In this document: positions 13,900 through 27,769 of the stretch, one piece after another
How positions within the stretch are numbered: position 1 is the first letter of the stretch
Layout of the letters: each line of letters begins with the position of its first letter
From: Eledone cirrhosa
Taxonomy: Eukaryota
Assembly (NCBI GenBank): GCA_964016885.1
Contig: OZ024742.1
Coordinates: 122,450,001-122,514,000 of the forward strand
Direction of reading: 5' to 3'
Length of the DNA: 64,000 bases
Program-made: the position numbers and the translations under genes
Notes under the pieces: model-generated
Databases searched by the model: none
The model's input: the letters and a program-made list of their open reading frames with translations, nothing else
Told to the model about the DNA's origin: nothing

Positions 13900-14981
13900 T
13901 TTATATCACTTAATTATGAATGTTGGTACAATCAATTCAACCAGCATCAGTAATTATCTTGTCCATATTCCAGCGTTATCGAAAGCTGAGTGACAACGCC
14001 GGTACTGGCAGAATTTGAAAGTCTTTATGGACCCAACTACATACCGGAACTTATTTTGCCAACCGTCTCTATTCTGCTATCCATCACCCTCATAGCCCCC
14101 TGTGAATTATGATTTGTAATTCAGGCACAAAGTAAGCAAATTTAGAGAGAGGAAAGCTGATTATATAGATTCAGCAGTTGATGGTTACATTATGTTAACG
14201 ACCTAGAAAACCTGATAGGTACCGTTGATCTCGGCATGACTTGAACCCAGAATATAAGAGGAGGAAGCAAATATCGCAAAGCATTTGTTGAATGTTCTAA
14301 CTATTCTACCAATTCACGGTCGTGATCTCCTAAAATATGCACAAGGTCAGCAATTTGAGAGAAGGTGAAAGTCACTTTTATGGACTCCAGTATTTAACTG
14401 GTAATTTATTTTATCGACCTCGGATAGACCTCGGCGGAATTTTGAACCCAGAACTTAAAAACACAAAGTGTTATAAAACATCTTCGACGCTCTAACGATT
14501 CTGATTGTTAACCAACCGTCATTAGCGCCTAATAATCTTTTCTGATTTAGGCACAAAGCAAACTATTTTAGGGAAAGGAGAAGTCGATCATATCTACTCT
14601 TTTATGGACTCAGTAAGGATGAAAGACAAAATTAACCTCAGCAGGATTTGAAATCAGACCGTAAAGTACCGTAACTCTATGCCGTGTAGCATAATGTCAG
14701 GCGCTCTACCGACACTGCAAATATACCTCCCCTGTTTGCGTCTAATAACAATATTAACAGTGGCTTCAGATTTAGGCAAAAAGCCAGCAATTACGTGGGA
14801 GGGGAAATTTTGAATAAATCTACCCCAGTGCATTAATAGTATTTATTTTATCGACTCTATAAGGGTGAAAGACAAAGCAAGCCTCAGCAGGATTTGAACT
14901 CACAACGCACAGAGACATCTACGCCGCAAAACATGTTGTCCGACGCTCTAACGATTCTAATAACCAACAGCCGTTACCGCC
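13900..14981 (-). mobile_element. Cluster of about five diverged tRNA-derived SINE copies
   Basis: Repeated units containing TTTATCGAC..GATGAAAG.CAAA..CCTCGGCGGAATTTGAAC, same family as 20764-21507. Confidence 0.7.
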
Positions 14982-14989
14982 TAATAATG

Positions 14990-15029
<40 letters not shown>

Positions 15030-15289
15030 TTTCTTTATTAACCACAAGGGTTTACATAAAGTAGACATTAAGGACAGTGCAGGACAATGCAGGACGGTAC
15101 AAATGGGCATTTCTGCGTGTAAAAAAACAAAAACAGAGGATGTAACAAAAATAACAATGAAAATAACAATGAAAAATTCCCCAATAGGGGGGAGACTTCG
15201 GAGGGACATTTGTGGAGAAAGCCCAGTAAAAAGCCACAATGACCCTGACCACCAAGGCAAGTGCCCTCTCCCAGTTTTCCACCTTTAGT

Positions 15290-18200
15290 TTACAGATATA
15301 TACTCAGAGTCGGCCCATTCACTCGGGCCATTCTTGCTTCTCTCACCCATCTTTCAACAAAATGCTGGGAAGAGAGCACTTCCTTCTCTACTCTGATTTT
15401 CCTTTTCAAATGAAATTTGAAAAAGTCAATCAGAGCATCACCGAAGAGGTAAGTGCTCGTCTTCAGCCCTTTCAAACGTGTCCACCATACTATCTCTTTC
15501 GCCATGGCCACCAGACAGATAAAAACTGCCTGCCCTTCCCGGCTAAAGGAGGAGGACGGTTTCGTCGCCCTGCGCGCATCTCGGACATGCCCGGCTGACG
15601 GCACCTCCATGCCTGCAGAGTTTATCCCGAACTGGCAAGGCTCCTCGGTAGCACTGCCAGGCCAGAGATTTCTGGAAGTTGTCCATAGGCCCCGGCCCGA
15701 AAGTTCTTCCGAAGAGATTGGCTAGTTGATTTTCGTCGACGCCTAGAGTTTCCCCAAGTACGTCGTCGCTCTTACCCGCCACTAATCCTCTATAGAACGC
15801 CGAGGTGGAGTTTCCACCGATCACATTGCCCGATTGGTCGAGGACTGTGAGCGCCTGAAGACATTCCAGTCTCCAGGCGCTCCCTCTCGGTCTTCGCTTG
15901 ACCCAGGACTGCAGCTCCGTCAAGGAAACGAGCTGGGAAAATACGCGCCTAGCAAACGGCGACCACACCTGATGACCGTCGAGGAAGAGGTGGAGATGTA
16001 GCCTGAGCGCGTGCCTGCGCATCATCAGCCACAGCATGCCCAGCCCTCCACGTAGCGGGTGTTGACAACAGATGGACCGCCTGACCATCGGAGCACGTCC
16101 CTTCCACAAAAAGCGAAAGAGCAAACGCTCCAGCGCAGTCAGGCGAGGCTTAGGACAAGGTACGATCGTCAGGCGGTAGCAGATGACAGACGCGATGTAC
16201 GCGTTAGCCACCTCCGCTCGACCTTTCAGGGATAGCTTCCTCTCCGCCCATTTCTGGGTGAGAGAAGCCACCCTGCTCGTCACCTCGTCCCAGTTTTTGT
16301 CCGTCTGGAGGTCCGGACCGAACCAGACCCCTAGCAATTTAACCGGTCCGTCCGTCCGTCCAGCGTCCGACGACGCTGTTGGACGGCATGGACCTGCCTC
16401 TCCAGGTGCCGAGCTGCAGTCCCACTGACTTTTCCTGGTTGATCATTGCTCCTGTCACCGCTTCGTATTCTCTTAGTGTAGTGCAGATCGCCTCGATGTG
16501 TTTGGCGTTCGACACCACTACGGTGACATCGTCCGCATATGCTGACACGGATCTTCCGCATCCTAGTTCGCGCGGGACTCCCCTCAACGTCTCCAGTTTG
16601 TGCAGTAATGGCTCGAGAGTCAATACGTACAAGAGGGACGAGAGGGGACATCCTTGGCGGACCGAGCGCATGATGTTGAACGGTTCCGACAGGTGACCGT
16701 TCACTCTCACCACAGAGCAGATGTCGCTGTGCATGGCAGCGATCCAGCCTCTGAAGACGGGCCCAAAGCCAGCCGCCCTCAGGACTGCCGCTAGGTAACG
16801 ATGGTCGACCCTATCGAAATCTTTCGACTGATCTAAATTGATCATGGACCCACCCGTGCCAGGTTCCCTAGCTACCCTCTCTACGATGTATCGCATGAGG
16901 TGGAGGTTGTCGTGGATGGATCTGTCGGGAATGGCGCATGTCTGCGCTTCTCCCACCAGACCACCAACGACAAGCGCCAACCTCTTTGCTAGCACCTTGG
17001 CCAAAATCTTAAACTCTGTGTTTAGCAGAGTTATGGGCCGGAAATTTTCTATGTTATCCCCCTTGTTCGGATCCTTTCTCAGCAGTGCCACCGCTCCTTG
17101 GCTCACAGACCTTGGAATACTCCCGTTCTGTTGCCAGTTGCAATAGACGTCCGCCAAGAGGCCTCCGAACAAGTCTGGCATCTGTACGTAAAGTTCATAG
17201 GGCAGACCATCCAAACCAGGCGATTTACTCCTTGTGCAGCCAGTCATTGCCTCCAGTACTTCAGCGGCTGTTATCGGCTTTTCGCAACATTCCATCTCAG
17301 TGGCAAAGAGCCGCGGCAGTCCCCGAGGTAGACACTAAAGTCCATCCCTCGATCCGGCCCGCCGCTGCCCCCGAACAGCTGTGCAAAGTGTCGCTGATAA
17401 GCTTCACACATTTGCCCGGGATCGAGTAGCATGCGCCCGTCGTGGTCCACCAAAGACCGGATCGTGGCTTTGTTGCCACTACGCACCTCAGCCACTCGGG
17501 CCCATTGAAGGGCTTTCTTCCCCTCATGTCTGAAAGCACACACCCTAGCTTTGCATTGAAGAATTGGTCAAGGGCCAATTTCGCCGCAAGTACGTCGGTC
17601 GCGATGCCTTTGCTAACCGCCTCGTCTAATTTTCTAACTAATTCTCCCTCTACTCTATTTCTCTCTATTGCTAAAACCTTACTAAACCTAATGGACTCTA
17701 TTCTAATTGCTCTTTTCAGAGCAAACCACCACTTGTTGTTGACGATGGCCCCCGTCAATGCTCGCTTAACTAGTTCGCTAATCCGGTCTCTGTATGCTTT
17801 GCGTGCTGGTAAGGACGCGTTTAGCTTCCAGTAGCCGGGTCCTCGTCTATGAAGCCTATCTAAGTCAAGCACACAGATCACGAATTTGTGGTCCGTGTAG
17901 CTGACTATATTGAATTGTGGACAGCCTATGCGAGACCTATCTATTTCCCTACATCTATCTAGATATGATCTGGATGACCCTATGCGATTTGTCCAAGCCC
18001 ACATTGGCACATAGGGGAAATCCAATTGGTACTTGTCAGACAGTTCAAAACGCCTGAGCAGGTTGGTGAGACTCTTGCACCCTCCTCACCTATCCACTAA
18101 TCCCACACAGTCCCACCGTGCATCTAAGATCCCGTTCCAGTCGCCCACTAACACTAAAGAGCGGGACGTTCCAAGAAACGGTCTCCAGACGCCGGAAGAA

Positions 18201-18563
18201 ATCAGGCGGCCCTGCTCCTGTCGGGGCATATACGACCACTAACCTGAAAGCTTGCCCGTCTCCGCTGGTCACGTCCAGCACCACCAACTTACCTTCTGCG
18301 TCCAGGAAGTTGGCCCGTATGGCAAGATCCAAACCTCTCCGAAAAAGCACAGCAACTTCTCCCCCCGATCCCGGACGGCTGGGAGATGCGTACACATCGT
18401 AGCCGCCTAAGATCGGTGCGAAGGCCCGTGCTTCGGAGATTCTGGTCTCGCTGATGGCCACTACATCTATGTTTAGTGACCTGAGGTCGTTGAGCATGTG
18501 GCCCTGCTTACATGACGACCCCAAGCCACGCGCATTTATGCTGACAATTCTGAGTGATGTCAT
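15290..18563 (-). pseudogene. L1/Tx1 ORF2 (APE endonuclease + reverse transcriptase), split into at least five ORFs
   Basis: LRIVSINARGL, VAISETR, SRSYLDR, TDHKFV, GPGYWKLN, KSPGLDGLPYELY, FRPITLLN, VRQGCPLS, AYADDVT, LSLKGRAEV, GGLG, CPRCAQGDET. Confidence 0.92.
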
Positions 18564-18672
18564 GTTGAAATGGAGTGGAAAAGATGGGAAAGACCACTTA
18601 CCTTATTCTCGTAGAGGAAGGACGGTTTCTCCATCCTTTTCACTGCTTGTGGCCTCCTCAAGAAGTATCTCC

Positions 18673-20279
18673 TTATAAATCCTCCTGGAGAGTGCTTGTC
18701 GGAAGTCTCCGATGTCTTTGGGGAATTTTTGTTTTAGTGTCATGTACGTTTTCTGTGTGATGCGAGTGATTTGTATTTGTGGAGGTGTTGTGAACTTTAG
18801 GGTTGTTGTGTACTACTTTTCTGTGATGCTGGTGTTGTGTTAGATGTAGTGTAATAATTGGTTGTTGTTCAAATTTAATGCTGTGTAGTGTTTTATCGTT
18901 TTGGTTGTTTTGTTTTGTTTGCGTTTGTTGTGGGTTTGATTCTGTTTCGCATTTTGGTGACTTTTGTGGTGTAGTTGATGGCGGTGTTGGGGTTAATGAT
19001 GGTGATGGTGTTGGTGTTTGGGGTGATGGTGTTGGTGAAGCTGGTGTGGATGGTGGCATGTCTGTCCTAACTTTTTTGTTTGATAGTTTGTGTTTCCCTC
19101 TGTATTTTGTTTTTGGAGGGGGAAGGAAGAGAGTTTTTTCTTTTTTGGTTTCTTTTTTTCTTTTTTCCTGATACCGTTTCCCACTCCTCGTCGTCACAAT
19201 CTGTCTCCTGTTGTGATAGGCCGGGGAGAGGAAAATCCTCCACACGTGTTAGTTTTGGTTTTGGCGTGGTGGATGGTGTAGGCGCTGGTGCTATTTCTGG
19301 CGCGTTGGGTGGTGGTGGTGTTGGTTTTGCTACTGTTGCTGGGGTTGTTGCTGTTACAGTTGCTTCTACTGTTGCTGCTACAGTTGTTGCTGCCATCTCT
19401 GCTGCTGGTGGTGTTCATGGTTGAGTCACTGGGGGGGGGGGGGAGAGGTGGTCTCATCCTTTTAGTCTGAGGGCAGAAAGCCCTTAGGTGGGTTCTTTCA
19501 CCACAAACGACACACCTAGGCCTTTTGCCCTCGACAATTACGGTGAGGTGGCTGCCGTCAGTGAGGTCTATTACCTCTGGAATCTCCTCAATGCTTTTTT
19601 GGTCCACTTGGATCAGGAGCTCCATCCCAGATCCGGACCAGTTCTCCTGCTTTTCTTTCCCTATTTCTATTATCTTGGTGTTGGCTTCGATGTCGGCGAG
19701 GACGGCAGCTATTAGCCAGGGAATTTCGATGGCCGGTGGAACGTGGGTGACCCTGATCTTTACGAGTCTCTGGCCACAATAGCTTGGGACGAGTGTGAAG
19801 TCGTCATTTGTTAATAGGGCCACGGAGTGTTTTCTAGCCTCCTGTGGTGTTTCAAAGAACACGTCCACGGTTTCATACTTCTGCCCACGTCTGATGTGGG
19901 TCTTTTTTGCCCACACATGTCCCAAAGCATTTTGGATGTGGGACTCGGATGCCCGTTCCACTCGACGCGATTTTATAATAATTGTTCGACAAGACACGGT
20001 GCACAGGCGCCGATGCTCCATTGTATTAGGTGGGGGTGTGAGGCTGACCCTGTACCCATCTTTCTTTACCATTTTTTTGGCTTCTTCTAATTCCTCCTGA
20101 GTTACCTGAAATGCTGCGCACTGTTTTGCTACTCTGGCAAAACTCAGGGTGGTTTTCTTAATGTCATTGTTGCTGTTGTTTTTATCGTTATTTTTGTTAT
20201 TATTAATTTTAGTTTCAGTTGTGGTGGTGGTGGCGTCAGTGGTGTTCGGTGTGGAAGAGTTCATTTTGGTTGAATTCAT
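18673..20279 (-). pseudogene. L1/Tx1 ORF1 (gag-like; zinc knuckle, Pro/Thr-rich C-terminus), frameshifted
   Basis: ORF 19194-20279 contains SFARVAK and RPRCVVCGERTHLRAFCP. It continues in overlapping frames (EEWETVSGKKKK) to about 18673. Confidence 0.8.
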
Positions 20280-20763
20280 TTCGATATCACGAGTTAATTT
20301 ATTTTTTCCTTTGTTTCTGTTGTCGCGGTGGTGGTGGTGGTGGTGGCGGCTTTAACACCTGCAGTCATTGGTAATGGCGGAGATTTGAACGTCTGCATAA
20401 GACAAATTTAAAATATTGCTACTGCTTATATTTTTAGTGTTGGCAAACGTAGTAATATTTACAATGGTGGTGTCGGTGTGAGGTGTTAATTTGTGAGAAA
20501 GGAGTGACACTGAGTCAGCCATGATGTTTCAAATAAACATTTTTGTTTTTATAATTATAAAAGTTTAAATTTTGGGCTCAAGGCTCCAATCTTTTTGAGT
20601 GTCCTTTTCAGATAACAATGTATGTGCACTTATATACAGTTAACAATAAAATTTTCCATGAATGGCAATTCTGAACACCTGAAAATAACAAACCTTTGCG
20701 GAGCTCACGATGATACGATTTACTACGTAGGTCGCCAATAATAATAATAATAATAATAATAAT

Positions 20764-21503
20764 TGATTCTACCTTTAGCAGAAAGCCAGCAATTACCCAG
20801 TGTATTACTGGTACTTTATTTTATCAACCCCATAATCATGAAAGGCAAAGTTAACCTCGGCGGGATAATAATAATAATAATTGTTTCTACTTTAGGCAAA
20901 AGGCCAGCAAATACCCAGTACATTACTGGTACTTTATTTTATCGACCCCGTAAGGATGAAAGGCAAAGTTAACCTCAGCGGGATTTGAACTCAGACTGTA
21001 ATGGGACGTAACTATGCTAGAAAGCATGGCGTCCAACCCTCTAACGATACTGCCAATTCACCGCCATAATAATAATAATAATAATAATAATAATTGTTTC
21101 TACATTTGGCACAAGGCCAGCAATTAGCCAGTACATTACTGGTACTTTATTTAATCGACCCCGTAAGGATGAAAGGCAAAGTTAACCGTGGCGGGATTTG
21201 AACTCAGATCATAAAGGGACGTAACTCTATGCTGCAAAGAATGGCGTCCGACCCTCTACTGATACTGCCAATCCATCGCCCTTGCCAATCCACCGCCCAT
21301 AATAATAATAATAATAATAATTGTTTCTACTGTTGGCACAAGGCCAGCAATTAGCCAGTACATTACTGGTACTTTATTTTATCGACCCCGGAAGGATGAA
21401 AGGCATAGTTAACCTCGGCGGTATTTGAACTCAGACCGTAAAGGGACGTAACTATGCTGGAAAGCATGGCGTCCGACTCTCTACTGATACTGCCAATCCA
21501 CCG

Positions 21504-21507
<4 letters not shown>
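20764..21507 (-). mobile_element. Head-to-tail array of four tRNA-derived SINE copies separated by (TAA)n
   Basis: Units of about 185 bp. The minus-strand head has A-box-like TGGCAGTATC.GT and B-box GAGTTCAAAT.CC. The tail is GTAGAAACAA(TTA)n. Confidence 0.85.
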
Positions 21508-21552
<45 letters not shown>

Positions 21553-22249
21553 TATGAATTTACTGCCATATATTGAAGACTATCTTAAGAATATTTATCT
21601 TTTTTGATTTATGGCTGAGTTAGCTTCTCTGCGGGATAGTTGTTTTTTTCAATGTGTTTTTCTTTCTTACAATAATTCTTTATCTTGGCGATTTACATCG
21701 CAATTATTTTTTACGTGACTTACATACCTGTTAGATCTTGGACTTATTCGTGCATCCTCATTTGTTTTATGTCTATTCAATGCCCTGTAGATACAAACCG
21801 ATGCGTTTTTTATTTTGTTCGCCTTGTTAGATATTTCTTACAGATTGGAATTATTCTCCTTCTGTTTAATCTTGTCCGGTTTTTATCTTTTTAGTTGTTG
21901 AAGTGTGTTACATACGTGTTTACGTGAAACAAAATATTGGAAATAGAACAATCACTTTTGAATGCTGTACTCTAAATGCTGACTATATTTTATATGTTTA
22001 TTCTCGTCCATTGTAACATGCTAAACCTATGTTCCTGGGGAGCAGATTCCAGCTGTGATTTATTCGTTGAACATTTATTTTTTAATATATTACAGTTTGA
22101 AATAATAATACTACTACGCTACTCAAGAAAGTGTAAAGCAGGGACACCCTAGGCAGCTTCATCGTACCGTAAGGCAAGAACCTTAAGTTTGCAATTTCTG
22201 TTGTTTTCCAATTTAATTTCTCTTACCAATCACACCTTACCACACCTCT

Positions 22250-22380
22250 CGGCGTAAGCATGATTGTGTGGTTAAGGATTCCGCTTTATAACTGCATATT
22301 TAGGATTCAATCTCACTGTCTTTTAACATACCATCGACCAATTTTACTAGATGAAATTTGACAGACGGGAACAGCGCTGA
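22250..22380 (+). mobile_element. Decayed tRNA-derived SINE head
   Basis: GGCGTAAGCATGATTGTGTGGTTAAG..GGATTCAATCTC (A/B-box-like). Confidence 0.4.
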
Positions 22381-24196
22381 AAATCGTTCGAGAGGTGAAT
22401 TTGGTGTGTTAGATTTAATTTGGACACCGATTAACAACACTAGATGGTCAATATATTCATTTAGTTGTAGCATTCACTCTATTATAATTGCTTGTTTGAG
22501 GCCCCCAATCTGACGATCACCACCTCCGATTCTTCCCACCAATTTAGCAAGCATTGAAAAAGGTCATCGGTGTTTCCGTTCTTCCTCTGATCAAATCATT
22601 AAAAAACTCTGTAGCCGTCTGTTAATGTATGACGGCAGAGCAACGTTTAATTGTCCATGTACACTCAGTAATATACATAGTACTAGAGGAAACTATAAAC
22701 TCCCTGGCTTATACTGTCAAAGTAGGACTTCAGGAATCAGTTTCAGAAGTGTTGTACAAAAAGAAGAAAGAATATCTGTGTTTGTCTATGTCCATATCTG
22801 TATTTATGTTTTCACATGCATTACTCTTTCTTTTCGTCCCGTAATTTAGTGGTTCAATACATAGTGAGCAATCGAATTCATATCATTCAAGACAGCGCCT
22901 CAACATGGACCAATCTAATGGCTGAAATGAGTAGAAGAATATAAATAATATATTATTTTAAAGTGGTTGTCTATTTCAATAATTCCGTGCGAAACAGTTA
23001 ATACATTTTAATTCTTCTGCCGTTTTATAGCTATAGTGTTCATCATATTTAACGCACTATTCACTCGAGAAGTGATTTCAATACGATCACGTTAATCTAG
23101 GTAATATCATTATGCCAAGCTATAGATCGTTAATTATATTTTATAATGCTATATTATGTATAAAATATATAACATATACTCTATTGTATTTTCCAATAAT
23201 CTCTTAATAGGTTTTTATTATATTCTTAACTTTGAGAGATAGTCTCTGTTATAATGATCAATTTATTGACATTAGAGAAAAGTATTCTTATAGCTTATAT
23301 TTGGTAATAGAAATGTTTTACCCTTCCATTCCTTTCATATATTATGACTGAATACATTGCTGAAAAGGGAAGAATATGACTAAATTGCTTACAGCATACA
23401 AATCATTGTCAGAGTTTCACCCTACCACACACCACTCGAATTAAAAGATGAAATTTATTTTTCGCTTATTATAGGATTGGTTACTGGCGTAATGTCGATG
23501 AAATATTTCAACTTATGCTTCAGTAAAGCCCATCCTGTCTAGTATTAGTAAATAATTATATTGCTTTTATCCACCAGAGGAATAATATTACGGTCTTTCA
23601 AATTATGAAATATTCCTACATAAATATTAGAGGTGGTAGATATGTTGGCATCAGAGACTTGTTGGAGTTGCCGAAATTCCAAACGATGGTCCTTACATTC
23701 GGAAATGGACTATAACGGGACGAAAGATTAGTACTTTTTACCAATGCAAAACCCAGAATAATTGATCATATAAAATTATTTTCGGGTCGTATGACTTAGT
23801 ATTTCTATTGACTGTAAGCTAAATAGCGGTATTTCTTACAGGCCACACTAAATATAGAAAATAGCTTATTATCCTTATAGAACACTTAATAAACACCTAA
23901 ATTCATATTAAAACATATTCGGTTGCACATTAGTATATTAAGGCACTCAGAGGTTACCTGCTTACTGAACAATATCGTACACCCCCAATAATCCTACTAG
24001 GACAGCAATGAGGAGAAGAATCACAATATAACGTGCTATAGGCCTCATATAATGCGCGCCCTCACTCAAAATATGTACCATATCTTCCTATTTTATTACT
24101 CCTAACATAGCCCTAAATACTACCTCAAATAATATATATGTGATTGACGAGGAAAACTGTGGCATTCTTAAATTCGGTCTCTATACATAACAGGAT

Positions 24197-24440
24197 GAAG
24201 CCGCATTGCTTAATGGTTAGGATTGTGATATACAATCGTAATGTCGTCGGTTTGAATCTTGAACAAGGTTGTGCATTGTGTTCTTGGGCAAAACAATTTA
24301 TTTCACGTTTCTTGAGTATACCCAGCTGGGATGAATACCAGCGCAGTATTTGGGGAGTTAAGCCTGCGATAGCCAGGCACATGAGAAGGCCCGGAATACC
24401 ATCGACCTGATGAGCTTTCGGCTTAGAACACATTTAACTG
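24197..24440 (+). mobile_element. tRNA-derived SINE (second family)
   Basis: TTGCTTAATGGTTAGG..GGTTTGAATC head, then TGTGTTCTTGGGCAAAACA core. Related copies lie on the minus strand at 27020-27300, 57700-57960 and 60470-60745. Confidence 0.6.
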
Positions 24441-25489
24441 ATTATACAGAGAGCATTTCCATTGTATATTTACTGTTAAATTTGAAAAGGAAATATAAAC
24501 AAGAAAATAATAGTTTTATCGGAGGTAGAAGAGAAAGTGATATATAATGTCAGAAACAGGAAGAAGAAGAATCAAGCACCGTCAATTTTATAGCAACCTT
24601 GCTCTTATTGTAGCACCCACACACATTGACAGCTCAGCCAATGTAACAAAACTAAACATCGATCGTTAATGTCAAAATAGGCACCAACATTTATTACAAC
24701 TGAAAAAAAAAAAACAACAATAATAACAACAAAATAAAATCGGGATCGCCAGAACATCAGAAAAAGAAAACAATTATCTTAGCTAATGCTGCTTGTCAAG
24801 GATCCACCATTCGATTGAAGGATAAGAGGAGACTGTAAGAAGTGTTTTGAAGATAGATATTGCCTGCCGATGCTGTAATTCAAATGACGAACACCGAACG
24901 GTGGACTGATATTAATGGTTAGAAGATGCTTGCAGGAAATCTTAAATCAGATATTTTAATTCATTGGGAGATGTTAAAATAATGTTATTGTTGTTATGTA
25001 ATCTACCATTTCATAAGTTTATAATTAGTCTAATATACACAAATAGTGTTTAATGTTTTAAAAGGTGTCGTGTTCATAAAATAAGCATGCATTATTCTAT
25101 AAGGTATTTTGAATTTATTATTGTAAAATTATTCGTCATGTCAGGATTCTACCTCCTATAGGTAAAACGTAACCCAATATATCCTGCTTTATGGTCTGCA
25201 GATGGGTGTAAGTGGAACCCCAACAGCACAATAAACAAGAACTGGTAAAATGTCGGATGAACTCCATAGAGACAACGCCTCCTCCACCCCAAATATAGGT
25301 TAAATACACTCACCAAACCACAAGTGGTCATGCATTGTGAATACGGCTACACCGCTGAGATAACCAAAACCAAATAGAAAAAGGTATAGGTGAACCAGAA
25401 CGGGGTTCCTTCAAAGGACTGAGAAGACTCTGATATTGATTGGATTGTAAATTTACCTCAGATCAGGTTAAACTTTCATCGACCTAGCC

Positions 25490-25883
25490 AACACATCATT
25501 GTATTTTCAATAAGGTCGCTGGAGCAGCGTTACTCGATAGAGTGGTAACTCGAGAATAAGAGACTCTCTTCAACCAGAGCCGCTACTTCTCCGATTTGAG
25601 AGATTACATCTCCGATGCTATGTTGCATGTGGCTAGAATGTCTCAGGAAAAGATCACGGGACAGATTCTATGGGCAAAACCAACTGGCAGGATACCCAGA
25701 GGTAGAACCCGAGCAAGATGGTTGGATAACATCCATGATCTTGGCTGGTTTCGCGTTGGTTCTCGAGACATTTCAGTTAGAGACGGTTCCTTCTAACAGG
25801 ACCCGCTGGAAGGAATTTTTGGGAACACTGTTCGCATGGCCCTCTCAGTAATAAGTTGGCGAAGAAGAAGAAGAAGAAGAAGA
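25490..25883 (+). mobile_element. RTE-clade LINE 3' end
   Basis: LHVARMSQEKITGQILWAKPTGRIPRGRTRARWLDNI, the RTE C-terminal R.RGRP..RW.D motif, followed by a (GAA)n tail. Confidence 0.75.
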
Positions 25884-27019
25884 AATATATATACTCCGGA
25901 TTATATTACGGAAATGAAAGTTTATAAGTTTACACGGAAACTTTCCAAGATAACTACACTTACTCCAAGACGGTTACTTTTAGCAGGACATGGCTAGAAA
26001 GTAAGCAATAATTTATACACAACCTACTATAGTGTGTAGAATCTCACGTGAAACGTGTTAGAGATTCGGTCAAACCTTCATCGATCAACTCTCAGACGAT
26101 TAAATCTCAGTAGGCAGCAGTTGCCAGGAGAAATGGAAAATCGTGAAATTTGTGGAGACTTTCACGGGAATGTTGGACTGTGGTCGCAATGATGATGATG
26201 ATGACATTATGCATGTTTTTTCTGGCTAAAGATCGAAGTTTGTGACACATGGAATATTTTTGCTGCAACGTCTGGTAAATGGAACGTCCCATGATGGTTC
26301 TAAATTTTGCAGAATATCTCCAAATCATGGTTTGTGAGAAGCATTTATCTCCAGCATTCAATGTTTTCAATGTGTTGTTAAGTATTCGAGTGTGTGCAGT
26401 CGTATTTGTTCATTGTGTTAGACTTACTTGTTATACAGAATACGTATTTATCAATTCAGGAAGTGTTATCTACTGTCATCTGGCTTATATTTCTTGCTTT
26501 GCTACATAGATGAATATCTATTTTATACTCTAATTTATCTTTCCACGTGTCTTTTCTATGTTAGTGAATTTTATCTTTTGTACCGTTACATTGTTTATTC
26601 AATCTCGTATTTTCTATTGCTGCGCTTATGCAAGCATATAGAAAATCGTTTAACTTGCTTATACCAGTGGATACTGAAACGTTATGAGTTTTTTTTTTTT
26701 TTTTCTATTTCACTTTCTAAATTACTTTTAACGGCTCATAATCTATGCTGATATTTCGAAGAGGGCTTTCTAAAATACTGTCTGTTGTTTATAGAAGGCA
26801 ATTTGTTTTTATTTTTTTGTTTTCGTAAGTTCGTAAGCTCTTCATGATACATATTTTGTCAACTTCATGTGTATTGGAAACAGAGTGCATCCGGAGAGTA
26901 CTGACACCATAGGCTCAATTAATAGCAATAATACCGTAGACTATAACATTGTTCAGCAATAGTTATTTATTACGCCTTTTAGTCACGAACCACAATGGGA
27001 TTTTACCTAGAAAGTTCCC

Positions 27020-27769
27020 CTTCCGAAGCACAAGTCGAAGTTTTTTTGTGGAGGACCAGCAGTCGCGGAGCAGCAGCCGCTCATTCATAATAATCTCCCT
27101 TCTCCACACCAACGATGTTCAAGGAAAAGGCAAAAGCTTATACAACTTGGCACTAGTTACATCTCAACTAATTTCTACAGATGAGTGAACTCGTGCAATG
27201 TCAAATAAAGTGTCTTGTTCAAGAGCACAACCCAGTGTGCGAATCGAACTCACATCCTCATGATTGTGAATCTGACGCTCTAACCAGTAAGCAACGCGCC
27301 TTCAATAATAGCAATATTTATAATAATGGTTTCTTATATAGGCAGAAGGCCAGTGATTTTGGGGGAGGGGAAAGTCGATTAAATCGACCAGAGTGCGTGA
27401 TTGGTACTTTATTTTATCGACCCCGTGAGGATGAAAGGCAAAGATAACCTCGGCGGGATTTCAACTCAGATCATAGAGAGCCGTAACTCTATGCTGCAAA
27501 GCATGGCGTCCGACTCCCTACCGATACTGCCAATCTACCGCCCTTAATTTGTATATATAATTTAATTTATATTTATAAGAATTGTTTCTGTTTTTGGCAC
27601 CAGGTCAGCAATTATTCAGTGCATTACTGGTACTTTATTTTATCTACCCCGTAAGGATGAAAGGCAAAGTTAACCTCGGCGGGATTTGAAATCAGATCAT
27701 ACAGGAGGTAACTCTATGCTTCAAAGCATGGCGTCCGATCCTCTACCGATATGGCCAATCCACCGCCCT
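27020..27769 (-). mobile_element. Three SINE copies (one of family 2, two of family 1)
   Basis: tRNA-like heads on the minus strand at about 27300, 27545 and 27769. Family-1 core TTTATCGACCCCG..GGATGAAAGGCAAAG. Confidence 0.75.

Larger units (their letters stand above)
14982..20736 (-). mobile_element. Near full-length L1/Tx1-clade LINE, inactivated by frameshifts
   Basis: ORF1 with CCHC knuckle and ORF2 with APE-RT-Cys domains. 3' TTAATAAA and (TTA)n tail at 14982-15027. The 5' end abuts (TAA)n at 20737. Confidence 0.92.

Noticed and set aside
20764-21507. Regularly spaced repeats as a CRISPR array or tRNA gene cluster
   Set aside because: Eukaryotic context, units of about 185 bp with microsatellite spacers, and heads that do not form a full cloverleaf. 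These are SINEs.
22480-22620. Minus-strand hints of a Merlin/IS1595-like transposase (TATEFFN..IGG..VIV..YNR)
   Set aside because: It needs several frameshifts and lacks the DE motif, so it is too weak by eye.
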